A stretch of 64,000 nt of DNA from the sequence record PP400788; one strand, written 5' to 3'. How positions within the stretch are numbered: the stretch's first letter is position 1; each line of letters opens with the position of its first letter. Below are positions 1 through 10,369 of the stretch, in pieces. The notes below the pieces were generated by a model that saw nothing but the letters and a program-made list of their open reading frames with translations, was not told the origin of the DNA and did no database searches. The position numbers and the translations under genes are program-made. Source of the stretch: Escherichia phage FL33.

Positions 1-125
1 GTGCAACCCACCACGCACAAGCAATAAGTACAGAATTCAAAATTTTCATAATAACCTCATTACAAAAGTAAATGTTAAACAAATTACTGGAATACTAATT
101 AACCAAACAAAACACCACAGTGAAC

Positions 126-389
126 TCATAGTTCAATCTCAGCGATTTTCATTTCATTACTATTAATAGCCGCTTTAAGACTATCTGAAAGAATTACATT
201 CCAATGGTCATTCATATGACCACTAACTAAGCGTGTAATTTCTTCGGGAGTTGAAAAATAAGGCGTATCAGACTCCCAATGTGATAGTCCCAAACGAGTA
301 TAAATCATACCTTCATCATCGCTAGAATATTCAACTGACACAAACTCATCAGTTATTTTATGTTTAGCGTAATAAAATTTAAATTTCAT
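126..389 (-). CDS. hypothetical protein, 87 aa
   Basis: Complete ORF downstream of early promoter 417-447; GGAG RBS before ATG. Confidence 0.5.
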   Translation of the reverse strand: MKFKFYYAKHKITDEFVSVEYSSDDEGMIYTRLGLSHWESDTPYFSTPEEITRLVSGHMNDHWNVILSDSLKAAINSNEMKIAEIEL

Positions 390-416
390 TTTTACTCCTC
401 CGTAGCTGATAGTTGT

Positions 417-447
417 ATAGTACCACGGTCCTTGTGGTATGTAAACC
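417..447 (-). promoter_or_regulatory. T4-type early promoter (-35 GTTTAC, 18-nt spacer, -10 TACTAT)
   Basis: Minus-sense GTTTAC at 442-447 and TATAAT-like hexamer at 417-422; same architecture repeated across window. Confidence 0.55.
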
Positions 448-462
448 GTTTTGTGAAAATTT

Positions 463-1020
463 TTAAATGGAAAGATACCATCCGTTGTAGTTGCTTTTTC
501 TTACAACCTTACGAAGGTCTTCTCTATCACCGATGAACTTCGGAGTGTACTGGATGACACCTGGATGAATTTCTTTAGTGTTGAATATAATTATACAGTC
601 AGCGACCTGATGATTCAGAATGGGCCCTAGATTTATTCCAGAACCGTATGGATACTCTCCGCTGCATCCGGTTGTTACTGAAATCCAACGTGAGTCAGTT
701 TGATGTGTTTTGACTTCTACACGAAGCCCGCAGTATTTTGGATGCGCTAATACATCCCATGCGTACGTATATGGGTCATTAACATCCTCTTGACCTTTAT
801 TAACATACCCGCTCAGCCAATCGGCTACAAAAAACTCTGCATACACAGCGATACGACATCTTTCAATAACTTCTGCTTTATCCTGATTAGGATTTTGTTT
901 TAAAGAGTATCTTGCTGTATCAGCAATTTTGACCTTCATTTCACTAGTCAAATCATTGTTCGATAGGGTAAATGTTGGAATCTGAAATAGTCTCTGTAAA
1001 CCCGGATTCGTTTTCTGCAT
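463..1020 (-). CDS. denB: probable endonuclease IV (DenB-like), 185 aa
   Basis: Length equals T4 DenB as recalled; position just downstream of rIIB as in T4. Confidence 0.45.
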   Translation of the reverse strand: MQKTNPGLQRLFQIPTFTLSNNDLTSEMKVKIADTARYSLKQNPNQDKAEVIERCRIAVYAEFFVADWLSGYVNKGQEDVNDPYTYAWDVLAHPKYCGLRVEVKTHQTDSRWISVTTGCSGEYPYGSGINLGPILNHQVADCIIIFNTKEIHPGVIQYTPKFIGDREDLRKVVRKSNYNGWYLSI

Positions 1021-1086
1021 TAAACTTTCCTTTCACGTCGGAATCACTGATATTCATATAATAAATCATAGTTTCTCTTAAAACAA

Positions 1087-1102
1087 AAGGGCCGAAGCCC
1101 TT
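1087..1102 (-). terminator. intrinsic terminator-like hairpin (AAGGGC-UUCG-GCCCUU) followed by U-tract
   Basis: 6-bp GC stem with UUCG loop in minus sense, then UUUUGUUUU. Confidence 0.55.
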
Positions 1103-1106
1103 TATT

Positions 1107-1301
1107 TTATTTGAATTGTGCAATTCTTTTCTCTAAACAATCTGCATAAGATTTCATTGAGATAAACTGCGAAAGCAACAGTTCTTGCTCAACTGCATTA
1201 ACCGTTGAAAACTTTTCACTTTCTAAAAATTTGCTCAATGCATTAATTTTGAGCATTAATTGATCGTATTCTTCTTTTACTCGTGCTTGATAACCTAACA
1301 T
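1107..1301 (-). CDS. hypothetical protein, 64 aa
   Basis: ORF flanked by hairpins at 1087-1102 and 1316-1331. Confidence 0.45.
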   Translation of the reverse strand: MLGYQARVKEEYDQLMLKINALSKFLESEKFSTVNAVEQELLLSQFISMKSYADCLEKRIAQFK

Positions 1302-1315
1302 AATTTTCCTCAGTT

Positions 1316-1331
1316 AAGGGCCGAAGCCCTT
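1316..1331 (-). other. intercistronic RNA hairpin with UUCG tetraloop
   Basis: AAGGGC/GCCCTT stem overlapping rIIB stop codon; no U-tract. Confidence 0.45.
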
Positions 1332-2268
1332 ATTTAAATTGTTCAGTAACGTCTTCAACTACTTCGTATTGGCAGGTACGCATTTTAGCATCGTTGTAAT
1401 CAATTGGAATTGATACTACATCACGAGGATGCACTTTAACTTTTACAACTCGACTAGTTGAACTGCCAAAGTGACGAATATAAGATTTAGAACACACATG
1501 CAGACCACGAGAACAAGTTTGTGTATCATCGTCATTCACACGAGTGCGTGGCATTTTAACTACTTTACCAGGACTGTTATCAAAAGTATTTGAGTGACAG
1601 TCAAAGTAATTGCTGCGAACTACTTTCCAAGCATAGAAGTAGCCATCTTCTGTAATTTCAATATCGTTTGCTACCAAGAAATCAAAGAGTCGAGATACCG
1701 CTTTTTGGCTCGGGTTTTCCAACAGATTTTCCAAGAACGGAAAATAAAATTCAAAGTTTTCGCCTTTTTCCATCGAATCAAGAATACGATCAACTAAACC
1801 AGACCGCAATTCAATGTTTTGATAGAACAAGCTTCCACCTTCAATTCGAACATCACCGGAAATATATTTTTCAACAGCGCGACGAACGTTAATTTTTTGT
1901 GCTGCTTCTTCCAATTTATCTGCAACAAGCAGATTAAGAATTTCCTGGAAGTTTGAATGAGTATTAGGAGTTGCGTTATAAGTTACACCGTCAACAGTAA
2001 TTGAAATGAATTTTTTAGATGCATTCCAAATAATGTCAGATTTAGCAACTGGAGCAATAGCTACATCACTCTTAACTTCAACTGTAATGTCACCGCTAAT
2101 GGTAACTTTGGAGCGCTCAGCTTCTTCAGCATTTTTCAAAACACGACGGATGGTGTCAACCGATACACCTTGCCAATCAGCCAATTCCTGTTGGGTGTAA
2201 TTACCACTTGAATACAGTTTGACAATTTCAGCTTGTTCGTTTTTGGTCAGGCATTTAATATTGTACAT
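1330..2268 (-). CDS. rIIB: rIIB protein (membrane-associated lysis-inhibition/exclusion protein), 312 aa
   Basis: Length equals T4 rIIB as recalled; immediately downstream of rIIA. Confidence 0.85.
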   Translation of the reverse strand: MYNIKCLTKNEQAEIVKLYSSGNYTQQELADWQGVSVDTIRRVLKNAEEAERSKVTISGDITVEVKSDVAIAPVAKSDIIWNASKKFISITVDGVTYNATPNTHSNFQEILNLLVADKLEEAAQKINVRRAVEKYISGDVRIEGGSLFYQNIELRSGLVDRILDSMEKGENFEFYFPFLENLLENPSQKAVSRLFDFLVANDIEITEDGYFYAWKVVRSNYFDCHSNTFDNSPGKVVKMPRTRVNDDDTQTCSRGLHVCSKSYIRHFGSSTSRVVKVKVHPRDVVSIPIDYNDAKMRTCQYEVVEDVTEQFK

Positions 2269-2279
2269 AATTTTCCTTA

Positions 2280-4457
2280 TTAGGCCGCAAGGGCCTTCAT
2301 AGTTTTAGCGATTTGGGAAACTTCATCATCACTTAAAGAGTTGCGATAACCGATGAAGTCGGAAACAATACGGAATTTCTTGGTAAACTCAGCAACCATT
2401 TTATCACTGTTTTTTGAAGCATTATTTGATAATACATCAAAAAGATTAGTTACTGTCCAGATGTCATGACCGATGGTATCTTTTCCACCGTTGAAATATA
2501 CACCCTGTAATGAACTAACCATATTAGCGAGTCGTGTATATTCTTCAGAAACTTCATCTACACTGAAGTACTTCATCATAAAATCTAGTTCAGGATACTT
2601 AATAATTTTATCAATATATCGTTTAGCTGAACTTGAATAACCTACATACTTATCATAATCTACATCATCAAAAGCATCTACATATAAATCACGCAGAGTT
2701 TCAAAAATACATTGGCACTGACCAAGTTCTTTTACCTTTTTCTGCAAAAGCGGACGAATAACATAAAATTCATTAATGCCAATAAGATTAGCCATACGAG
2801 TCAAAATACTCGTAGATGGATGACAAAGCGATGTAGTACCATCCATAGAGAAAATATCAGAACGATGCATGTATGCTACATAACCAGTAATTTCATCTGC
2901 TTCTGACGTAAGTGTAAACAGTTCCTCTTTTTCCCAGCGCCCGTCTTTAATTTCAAACTTAAATGCAGTAACAGCTTTAGGACGAGGAGCTTTACTTTTA
3001 ACTGCCTTCGGAATATAACTTTTAACTAAATCTTCAATTTCTGACAAATAATGAATGTTAACTTCATCACTTTCAAACATTGCCATAATATCAGGAAGCA
3101 AATCAATCTGCGATTCTACTTCCGGATTAATAAACAGAAGACGCTCATTGTGATGAATATTTAAGGTGTTATTAAATTCATTATCATCTAACGCACGTGC
3201 TAATCCACGGACAATATTAACACGATTTTTAATATTATCAATGACGATATTAATTTTTGTTGTGTTAATACCAAACAGACGATAACTTGATGCAACGGCT
3301 GAAGTTTCATGGCTTTGCTTAATGCGTTTCAGTCGAGGGTCAAGATTTACTTCATACACAACCCCTGCATTGCATAACTTACTGTCAGGCTCAAACATGC
3401 TCTGCATCTTCTTATATGACAGATTTTTAGTCGTGAATTTGACCGAATTACTAATCATATAATCTCGAGCAGAATATCCCATCTTCATCAATTCACGGTA
3501 TGTATGACGAGGAGATGTAGATTCTTTAAATCGTTTTACATCTTCATTAAATGCCTTCTCACTAAGCTCTTTAACACGCTCAATAATATTTTTACGAGTA
3601 CGATCATCTAGTGAAAGAGCCTCACGCGATGGAGCAATATCAAGTGAACCCATTGGAAACTTAATGTAATTCACTTCATTGCGAATGCTTAACCAGTTAC
3701 GGTCTCTAATAACGCCATCAATAGGATAAACAATACCACCATAGATAGCATATAATCCACCACGATCTGGCCAGTATCTTTCTGGATTTACACCATAATA
3801 ATCATCAAAATCCGGAAAATAATCAATTTCACGGTCAAGACCGTTAATGATAGCTAAATCTTTGAATGGTCGCATGATATAAGAAACTTCATAAGCAAAG
3901 TTTTTAAAGTCTTTTTCTTCAACTGGAACTACGATTTCAATACCAGTTTTATCGTCTGGACCCATTTCCTTTACGAATGTAGGTTTAATCTGCGGACCGT
4001 CACCATCCATATAAGCTACATAACCGCGAATTTCACCTTTATGGTACGAAGTAATACTAAACGTATCAGTATAACTAAACGGAGATTTAGAACCTAAACC
4101 AAATCCACCAATGAAATCGTTAGATTCAGCCTTAGATGAACTAAAGTATGAATTATACAACCCAGGAGAATTATCATCACCTTGAATATCAAAATCACTC
4201 ATACCTGGACCAAAGTCTCGACAAACAAATCGTGGGTCTAATCGTCCTGGAACTTGAATGATAAATTTTTCAGGATTTCCATTAAGAGCATGGGCATCAA
4301 TCATGTTGGTAATCAATTCACGGACTACTGCGCGAATCTTGTTTGTATACAAATCAGATGATAGAATTTTAAATACTTTAGGAGATGCTGTGATGCTAAA
4401 TGCTTTTGATTTAGAACCATTACCAAGAATTGTTTCTTTTTCAGTGGTGATAATCAT
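2280..4457 (-). CDS. rIIA: rIIA protein, 725 aa
   Basis: Length equals T4 rIIA as recalled; N-terminal histidine-kinase-like ATPase region; synteny. Confidence 0.9.
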   Translation of the reverse strand: MIITTEKETILGNGSKSKAFSITASPKVFKILSSDLYTNKIRAVVRELITNMIDAHALNGNPEKFIIQVPGRLDPRFVCRDFGPGMSDFDIQGDDNSPGLYNSYFSSSKAESNDFIGGFGLGSKSPFSYTDTFSITSYHKGEIRGYVAYMDGDGPQIKPTFVKEMGPDDKTGIEIVVPVEEKDFKNFAYEVSYIMRPFKDLAIINGLDREIDYFPDFDDYYGVNPERYWPDRGGLYAIYGGIVYPIDGVIRDRNWLSIRNEVNYIKFPMGSLDIAPSREALSLDDRTRKNIIERVKELSEKAFNEDVKRFKESTSPRHTYRELMKMGYSARDYMISNSVKFTTKNLSYKKMQSMFEPDSKLCNAGVVYEVNLDPRLKRIKQSHETSAVASSYRLFGINTTKINIVIDNIKNRVNIVRGLARALDDNEFNNTLNIHHNERLLFINPEVESQIDLLPDIMAMFESDEVNIHYLSEIEDLVKSYIPKAVKSKAPRPKAVTAFKFEIKDGRWEKEELFTLTSEADEITGYVAYMHRSDIFSMDGTTSLCHPSTSILTRMANLIGINEFYVIRPLLQKKVKELGQCQCIFETLRDLYVDAFDDVDYDKYVGYSSSAKRYIDKIIKYPELDFMMKYFSVDEVSEEYTRLANMVSSLQGVYFNGGKDTIGHDIWTVTNLFDVLSNNASKNSDKMVAEFTKKFRIVSDFIGYRNSLSDDEVSQIAKTMKALAA
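2282..2296 (-). other. RNA hairpin at rIIA/rIIB junction
   Basis: AGGCC-GCAAG-GGCCT dyad overlapping rIIA stop. Confidence 0.35.
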
Positions 4458-4467
4458 AATTTCCTCA

Positions 4468-4671
4468 TTAATTCATATTGCGTTTAATAACTTCAGCAAC
4501 TTCTAGTAGTTCATCTTTAGTTGCGGTGTCGGATTGAATTTTATCTCTAATATCCTTAAAGCGGTTTTTAAACTCTTCGGCTTCTCCCATATCGAAAAAG
4601 CGTTGAATGATTCTATATTCTCGATGAACTGCTTTATCAAAAAGTTCTAAATTTACTCTATATGATTTCAT
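4468..4671 (-). CDS. hypothetical protein, 67 aa (rIIA.1 position)
   Basis: ORF between early promoter 4697-4726 and rIIA. Confidence 0.5.
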   Translation of the reverse strand: MKSYRVNLELFDKAVHREYRIIQRFFDMGEAEEFKNRFKDIRDKIQSDTATKDELLEVAEVIKRNMN

Positions 4672-4696
4672 TTCAATATCCTCATTTGCCCAATTA

Positions 4697-4726
4697 ATTA
4701 TACCACATCCTTGTGGTAAAGTAAAC
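4697..4726 (-). promoter_or_regulatory. T4-type early promoter (GTTTAC ... TGGTATAAT)
   Basis: Minus-sense GTTTAC 4721-4726, extended -10 TGGTATAAT at 4697-4705. Confidence 0.6.
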
Positions 4727-6546
4727 TATTGGCTCATCCATTCTTTACGAAGGTCAGCATTATCTCCCATGAGCATTTCAAAAAGCTCTTTCCAGTTCTC
4801 AGGAAGTTTAACAACATCATATACTGGGTTTTGAATCATCTCACGATATTCAGATTTTTCCAAAGAGCCAAGTCCCTTAATATAACGGATGCTATGTTTA
4901 GGTAGAGCATCTTTAGCACTCTCATATTCAGCGACTGTATAAAACCATTCTTGTTTTTTACCGACCTGAGCGATGATTACAGGAGTTTTGACAAAGCGAA
5001 TTCTTCCTTGTTCAAACAGTTCTGGCCAATTACTAAAAAATCCGAGCAGAGAAGGATAAATGCTTCCTAGACCATCATGGTCAGCATCAGTCATAATAGC
5101 AATATTATGATAATTCAAGTTTTCGGCTTTTTCACCAAGAACTAATCCAGTGATTGCGCAAATATCAAACAGCTCTTTGTTTTTAAGCATATCAGCATAT
5201 GACATACCCCAGCTGTTAAGAACTTTACCACGCAATGGATAACCGCCATGAAGTTCTTTATCACGAACATCAATAAGATATCCGATAGCAGAATCACCCT
5301 CAGTCAAGAAAAGAGTAGTGTCAGCATCTTTACCGCAAAGATTCGCTTTAATATGTTTGTGAACCTTAGCTTTAGAGGCCTTTTTAGCTGCTTTAGTTTC
5401 TGCTGCTTTTTCTGCCGCCAATTTACGAGCTAATGCTGCTTCAACAATAGGCATAATCAAGGCTTCGTTTTTAAGAAGTGCCTGAGCAATTTTCTTAGCA
5501 TCTAATTGGATATGATTACGAATATCACCATACGTTGACGTTAAACGTTCTTTAGTCTGAGAATCAAAACGCATGTTGCTCATGTCTCTAATAAACATCA
5601 ACATTGTGAGACATTCTTTAACACGAGCTTTAGTGACTTCAATACCCTTATATTTCTTTTTAATACCAGGCAAAAGATGTTCACAGATATCATCCATTAC
5701 ACATTCAACATGATGACCACCATTTTTAGTATGGATGTTATTCACATAAGTTAAATGACGGAAGCCATCTGGTGATGTTGTGAATGCTATAGAGACTTTA
5801 TCATTTTCTTGAATGATGTTATCTTCGCCAAATTGTTTAGCAAATCGTTTAAAATTACCATCAACCTTTTTACCATTAAATGTGAACTTGATATCAGGAT
5901 AAACGACTGCCAATGTTTGAAGTCGGTCTAAAGTAATATCTAAATAAATTTGAGATAAATTATGCTCTTCAAATGAAGAGAAATCAGGAGTGAAGATTAC
6001 TTTAGTGCCTTTACCTTTAGATTTCTTAGAAGACCATGATTTGTTTTCCATTCCGTTTGAACAGTTAACAGTGATTTCGTTTTCGCCATCTGACGTGATG
6101 CCTGTAAACAACGTAGAGAAGATATTAGTTAAACTACTCCCGACGCCGTTCATACCACCAGTCTTGCGTTCAGAGTCATCACCAAAGTTACCACCGGCCT
6201 TTGGAATAGTCCAGGCTGCTACAGGCCCAGGAATTTGTTCACCCGTTTGGTCGGTAACTAAACCTTGAGGAATACCACGTCCGTTATCTTCCACCGAAAC
6301 TTGATTATTTTTAATTTGCACATCAATTTTATTTGCAAACTTAAATGATGTACGAATAGCTTCATCAACCGAGTTGTCAATAATCTCATCGATTAATTTA
6401 ACCAGGCCAGGAACATATTCAACTTGTTGATATTTACCAAACAAAAAACGCTCGTGGGCTTCTTTAGCCGAAGAACCAATATACATACCACTACGTTTCT
6501 TAATATGTTCTACATCTGACAATACCTTAATTTCATTTTTAATCAT
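4726..6546 (-). CDS. 39: DNA topoisomerase II large (GyrB-like ATPase) subunit gp39, unsplit 606-aa form including the region T4 encodes as gene 60
   Basis: GyrB-like N-terminus; 606 aa is close to the recalled sum of T4 gp39 and gp60; single uninterrupted ORF. Confidence 0.9.
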   Translation of the reverse strand: MIKNEIKVLSDVEHIKKRSGMYIGSSAKEAHERFLFGKYQQVEYVPGLVKLIDEIIDNSVDEAIRTSFKFANKIDVQIKNNQVSVEDNGRGIPQGLVTDQTGEQIPGPVAAWTIPKAGGNFGDDSERKTGGMNGVGSSLTNIFSTLFTGITSDGENEITVNCSNGMENKSWSSKKSKGKGTKVIFTPDFSSFEEHNLSQIYLDITLDRLQTLAVVYPDIKFTFNGKKVDGNFKRFAKQFGEDNIIQENDKVSIAFTTSPDGFRHLTYVNNIHTKNGGHHVECVMDDICEHLLPGIKKKYKGIEVTKARVKECLTMLMFIRDMSNMRFDSQTKERLTSTYGDIRNHIQLDAKKIAQALLKNEALIMPIVEAALARKLAAEKAAETKAAKKASKAKVHKHIKANLCGKDADTTLFLTEGDSAIGYLIDVRDKELHGGYPLRGKVLNSWGMSYADMLKNKELFDICAITGLVLGEKAENLNYHNIAIMTDADHDGLGSIYPSLLGFFSNWPELFEQGRIRFVKTPVIIAQVGKKQEWFYTVAEYESAKDALPKHSIRYIKGLGSLEKSEYREMIQNPVYDVVKLPENWKELFEMLMGDNADLRKEWMSQ

Positions 6547-6595
6547 GTTGTCTCCTCGTTATGAAGGTATTCTATCATCCTAAATCTAAAGCAAA

Positions 6596-6611
6596 AAGGG
6601 CCGAAGCCCTT
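6596..6611 (-). terminator. UUCG-loop hairpin with downstream U-tract between 39.1-like ORF and gene 39
   Basis: AAGGGC-UUCG-GCCCUU then UUUUUGC in minus sense. Confidence 0.4.
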
Positions 6612-7032
6612 ATTTAAATTTAATTTTCTGAAGTGCATCAATTGCAGCCAAACGCCCTTGTTCACTTTTAACTGTAATGACCACATCGCCTGATACAATC
6701 ACAGAACCATCAACAAATTCTATAGAGCCTTTTTTGAAATCGACAGCTGTATCTGGTTCCGGAACTTCTTCAAAGAATTTAAATTCTGCACCATAAAGCA
6801 GAATATCACCTTGCATACTAATGATTGTACGTCCAGGTCCATCGGTTTCAGCGGCAATCATTGAAACACCATAACCAATCATCTCTTCTACAATAAAATC
6901 TCTTGATAATAAAACTGTATGCAGAGTAGTGTTAAGACGTTTACCAGTCGTATTAAGAATTCTCAAGAAATTATCTTCCTGTCCTTTGATAATACGATAT
7001 TTCTTACCAACTTCAAAACCTTTAAAAGCCAT
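6610..7032 (-). CDS. hypothetical protein, 140 aa
   Basis: ORF; start 2 nt after stop of upstream zinc-ribbon ORF. Confidence 0.55.
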   Translation of the reverse strand: MAFKGFEVGKKYRIIKGQEDNFLRILNTTGKRLNTTLHTVLLSRDFIVEEMIGYGVSMIAAETDGPGRTIISMQGDILLYGAEFKFFEEVPEPDTAVDFKKGSIEFVDGSVIVSGDVVITVKSEQGRLAAIDALQKIKFK

Positions 7033-7034
7033 AA

Positions 7035-7214
7035 TTAACCCTTCTTAAGTAAGTCGTAAAATCCACCATTCACATGCTTAGGAGCAGAAGGCCGACGAGT
7101 AGACAAACGATGACATTTAGGGCAAACATCATTTTCTCGTTCAGAAATCTTTTTAATTTTTTCATATTCATGCCCGCAATCTTCGGATTGGCATTTATAA
7201 TCATACATTGGCAT
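7035..7214 (-). CDS. small zinc-ribbon protein, 59 aa (CxxC-x17-CPxC)
   Basis: Hand translation MPMYDYKCQSEDCGHEY...CPKCHRL; below the ORF-track size cutoff. Confidence 0.45.
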   Translation of the reverse strand: MPMYDYKCQSEDCGHEYEKIKKISERENDVCPKCHRLSTRRPSAPKHVNGGFYDLLKKG

Positions 7215-7216
7215 AA

Positions 7217-7636
7217 TTATTCCTTAAAGTGCGCTTTCAGCATCTGATACAAGGACCATGCTTGTTCGTTATTTTCAATAGTAACTTTCATTACCGGGAA
7301 TTCTGTGAAATCTTCTATTTGTTCTTGCTCTTCCTGCTCTTGTTCTTCAGCTGCCTGGTATGGATTTTCAACTTCATCAAAGAACCCAGCTTCACTTTTT
7401 GAAAGCCAAATAAAGTCTTCATCCAAAACATCTTTATCAGGAGATAGTACTAAATTTCCAGTAGATGACAAAATTTTAATAGGACGCCCAAGAGCGTCCA
7501 CATCTAAAATTTTAAAAGGATACATACCTAAACGGCGCGCATAAATTCCGTTATTAATATGGTCTTTAATAAAATTTTCTTGAGCTTGTTTATTTTTAAA
7601 TTGATACCATTTATTAACTTCAAATCTAATAGCCAT
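7217..7636 (-). CDS. hypothetical protein, 139 aa, acidic EQ-rich middle
   Basis: ORF; stop overlaps downstream start. Confidence 0.55.
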   Translation of the reverse strand: MAIRFEVNKWYQFKNKQAQENFIKDHINNGIYARRLGMYPFKILDVDALGRPIKILSSTGNLVLSPDKDVLDEDFIWLSKSEAGFFDEVENPYQAAEEQEQEEQEQIEDFTEFPVMKVTIENNEQAWSLYQMLKAHFKE

Positions 7637-7851
7637 TAATAAATTTCCTTCCAGTAAGTTGTGCCATCTTCAGTAATTTCACGAAATACGCCGTAAATTG
7701 GCTGTTTATCACCAACCTTTTCATAAACATAAACCGAAGTCAAGTGAGTAAACTTAATGGTGTGTTCCTTTTGAACCACTACCAAATCTGGATCGAATAA
7801 TACATCTTCAAATTCGTCATTAGTGCATTTCTGAACAGTTTTACGTTTCAT
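7636..7851 (-). CDS. hypothetical protein, 71 aa
   Basis: ORF abutting next gene start. Confidence 0.5.
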   Translation of the reverse strand: MKRKTVQKCTNDEFEDVLFDPDLVVVQKEHTIKFTHLTSVYVYEKVGDKQPIYGVFREITEDGTTYWKEIY

Positions 7852-7950
7852 TACAATTTCCTCATTAATTGAACAGTGGAGCGATGCGTTTCAGAAGAGT
7901 AGCAGCACCTTTGGCAAATTTTCCATTTTATTCTCCAAGTTGTTTTCTGT

Positions 7951-7993
7951 ATCAGTAGTTGATATTGATATAGTACCATAATCAACTACTGAT
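7951..7993. repeat. perfect 13-bp inverted repeat (ATCAGTAGTTGAT / ATCAACTACTGAT) with 17-nt spacer
   Basis: Read directly in the 270-bp non-coding gap 7852-8122. Confidence 0.8.
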
Positions 7994-8122
7994 GTATATA
8001 GTTTTATGAAAAAAATTTTAAACTTTATGCATAGAGAGCTTTGCTATAATGTTTAATCCAACTTTCAGGAATGACTTTGTATGTTCCTAAAAATACCACG
8101 TTATACAACTTAACACCGTCTT

Positions 8123-8512
8123 CTACCCACTGATGGTAATGTATCCACACATAGCACGAGTATAAACAGCCTTTCCATCATCTGGGATGAATTTAAATTC
8201 ACAAGGAGCAATGAACTTAATAGATTGACCGAGTTTCCACTTAAAGTCTACACCTACATGCGAAGTATCAATCGTTTCAATTCCTTTAGCGGGAACAGCT
8301 TTCAAAAACGCAGATTCAAGAAATTTCGCACGAACATAGCCAAACTGAGGTTTAGACTTTCCATCTTTAGGAATGATACGCACTTTTACTTCAGAATCTT
8401 CATCTTTAACACCATGCTTAAGCTGAATGCTTACAATTTCGACCAATTTTCCTGCTGCTTTAGAACGGGATTTATCAGATACACGAGCAATTTCACCAAT
8501 ATTAATAATCAT
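8123..8512 (-). CDS. hypothetical protein, 129 aa
   Basis: ORF downstream of early promoter 8557-8586. Confidence 0.55.
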   Translation of the reverse strand: MIINIGEIARVSDKSRSKAAGKLVEIVSIQLKHGVKDEDSEVKVRIIPKDGKSKPQFGYVRAKFLESAFLKAVPAKGIETIDTSHVGVDFKWKLGQSIKFIAPCEFKFIPDDGKAVYTRAMCGYITISG

Positions 8513-8556
8513 AGTTATCTCTCACTTGTTAAAAAGATTTTATACTCCACAGGACC

Positions 8557-8586
8557 ATTATACTCTGGTCCCAAGAGTTTGTAAAC
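8557..8586 (-). promoter_or_regulatory. T4-type early promoter
   Basis: GTTTAC 8581-8586, 18-nt spacer, TATAAT 8557-8562 in minus sense. Confidence 0.55.
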
Positions 8587-8588
8587 TA

Positions 8589-9122
8589 TTAATTTAAAAT
8601 AGCTACCACCGCACTACGAGGTACTACGCTAAAATCACCTGCATGAACAACGTTCAGAAGTTCAACGCCATCTTCAATCCACTGGTCTGTTACCCAACCA
8701 CAGACCGAAATAAATGGAGTCTTGATAGCTACCGCATGAGTTAGAAGGTCAGTAGGATCGCATTCTTGAAAGAGGATGAACTCTGCTTCATAAACCAGGT
8801 TTTTCTCTATTTTGTTATTGTCTAAACGACGACCGTGGACAATATAAGATTTAGTAAACCATTTACTTTTTTCAAAATCTTCAACAATAAATTCACCTTC
8901 GCCAAAAACATCAGTCAGAATTTTATGGCCGGAAATCAAGGCATTAGTTTTAATTTCAGGTTCAACCAATTTGTAGGTTTTGCCGATTTCAATAGCGGTA
9001 GTCATAGTAGTTTCCTTAATTTCCAGTGGTTTAACAGGGCATACATAAGTGCTTACAACATCAAAATCAATCAGTTTAGTTACCGGATTTGGTATGTATT
9101 CAGGATTATAATTAAATTTCAT
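8589..9122 (-). CDS. hypothetical protein, 177 aa
   Basis: ORF. Confidence 0.55.
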   Translation of the reverse strand: MKFNYNPEYIPNPVTKLIDFDVVSTYVCPVKPLEIKETTMTTAIEIGKTYKLVEPEIKTNALISGHKILTDVFGEGEFIVEDFEKSKWFTKSYIVHGRRLDNNKIEKNLVYEAEFILFQECDPTDLLTHAVAIKTPFISVCGWVTDQWIEDGVELLNVVHAGDFSVVPRSAVVAILN

Positions 9123-9124
9123 AA

Positions 9125-9622
9125 TTATCTCATTTCAATAAAATCTACGAGTTCAGCATGCGATTTGCGGAACATTACTTGATGCCCACCAATGATAACT
9201 TCATCTTCAGGAACTTCGTATACAGCAAGATAAAATCCTTTAGAAGATAATTCTTCACGCTCTTCTCGTGTGAACCATCTCATCATATCATATTCACTAG
9301 CGAAAGCAAAATGATAAAGAGCTATAAACCATCCTGGAATATGATATTCTACTCCAACATAATCTTTCTTGAACTTAGTATTAATTACTATATTAGCGTT
9401 TTTAACTAATAGTTTATCTTCGTGCGGTAAAGGAATTCTTTTATTATCGCTATGATGCATAAAATTAGGTCTGTCATAACCTACGTGTAATAGCCACTCT
9501 TCGCTCCATGAATCTATTATACTCCTGTACGGCGTTATTTGAACACAAAGATTTCGACGTATTGTTATAGCATCTTCATAATCAAGAATACTAAACGATG
9601 ATTCAACACGATAAATTTTCAT
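9125..9622 (-). CDS. hypothetical protein, 165 aa
   Basis: ORF downstream of early promoter 9648-9679. Confidence 0.55.
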   Translation of the reverse strand: MKIYRVESSFSILDYEDAITIRRNLCVQITPYRSIIDSWSEEWLLHVGYDRPNFMHHSDNKRIPLPHEDKLLVKNANIVINTKFKKDYVGVEYHIPGWFIALYHFAFASEYDMMRWFTREEREELSSKGFYLAVYEVPEDEVIIGGHQVMFRKSHAELVDFIEMR

Positions 9623-9647
9623 TTTATTATCCTCAGTAGCTATGGTG

Positions 9648-9679
9648 TTATAATACCATAACTAACCGAGGAAGTAAAC
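9648..9679 (-). promoter_or_regulatory. T4-type early promoter
   Basis: GTTTAC 9674-9679 with TGGTATTATAA -10 region in minus sense. Confidence 0.5.
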
Positions 9680-9685
9680 AACTTT

Positions 9686-10369
9686 TTATCGTTTAGTTGG
9701 AAGAGATAGAGGATCGCATTCTTCCTCTGATGGAGCGTCTTCAAGACCCATAGCATATCGCAAAGCATACTTCATCATCAGGATGTCTTTCGCACAGTCA
9801 TGAATAGAATCATGTGCAACGAATCCATCTAAAGTTCCCTTTGGAAGAGGACACGTGGTCATATCACGAACAAGCAGAAGTGCTTCAATTCTGGTACGAA
9901 TATCACGCTGATTCCAGAATTTACATGGTTCTAATTTAAATGTGTCAAGTTCATTCTCAGAAACGCCATTAAGACGTTGAATATCGCGAATGAGATCGAC
10001 TAAAATTGGAAAATCAAACGACATTCCACGGCACCAGCCTTGAGATTTCCAAGGATCGATATTATGCGCATTGATATAATCATTAAATTTTGCAATACCA
10101 TCGATAGTGCTTACATCTTCATCTGATGGTGCAATATTTTTTCGAGCTTCAGGAGACTGATTTTTCCACCATTCGATAGTGCTTTTAGTAAAAAGACGAT
10201 GTCCTTTTTGGCTTTTTAAATCAAATTTGATTTTAATGCCACGTGAAACTAATTCATCAAATGTTTCAACCACTTCTGGGTTAGGGTCAAAGGCAATAAC
10301 AGCCAAATCAATAACAGCTGCTTTTTCACCACTTCCCATTGTTTCAAAATCTATAATAAAATCAAACAT
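9686..10369 (-). CDS. dexA: exonuclease A (DEDDh 3'-5' exonuclease), 227 aa
   Basis: Length equals T4 DexA as recalled; N-terminal FDFIIDFET exonuclease motif; position next to dda. Confidence 0.8.
   Translation of the reverse strand: MFDFIIDFETMGSGEKAAVIDLAVIAFDPNPEVVETFDELVSRGIKIKFDLKSQKGHRLFTKSTIEWWKNQSPEARKNIAPSDEDVSTIDGIAKFNDYINAHNIDPWKSQGWCRGMSFDFPILVDLIRDIQRLNGVSENELDTFKLEPCKFWNQRDIRTRIEALLLVRDMTTCPLPKGTLDGFVAHDSIHDCAKDILMMKYALRYAMGLEDAPSEEECDPLSLPTKR

Noticed and set aside
1594-1892. Plus-strand ORFs (67 and 74 aa) inside rIIB, and similar plus-strand ORFs throughout the track (for example 2712-2906, 5248-5433, 11579-11948, 20802-21043, 27095-28393, 33524-34327, 42792-43447)
   Set aside because: They lie antisense within well-supported minus-strand genes, have no RBS, and encode low-complexity products; treated as shadow ORFs.
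4726-6546. Possible gene-60-style translational bypass (hop) in the topoisomerase gene
   Set aside because: The ORF is continuous with no in-frame stop or take-off/landing codon pair.
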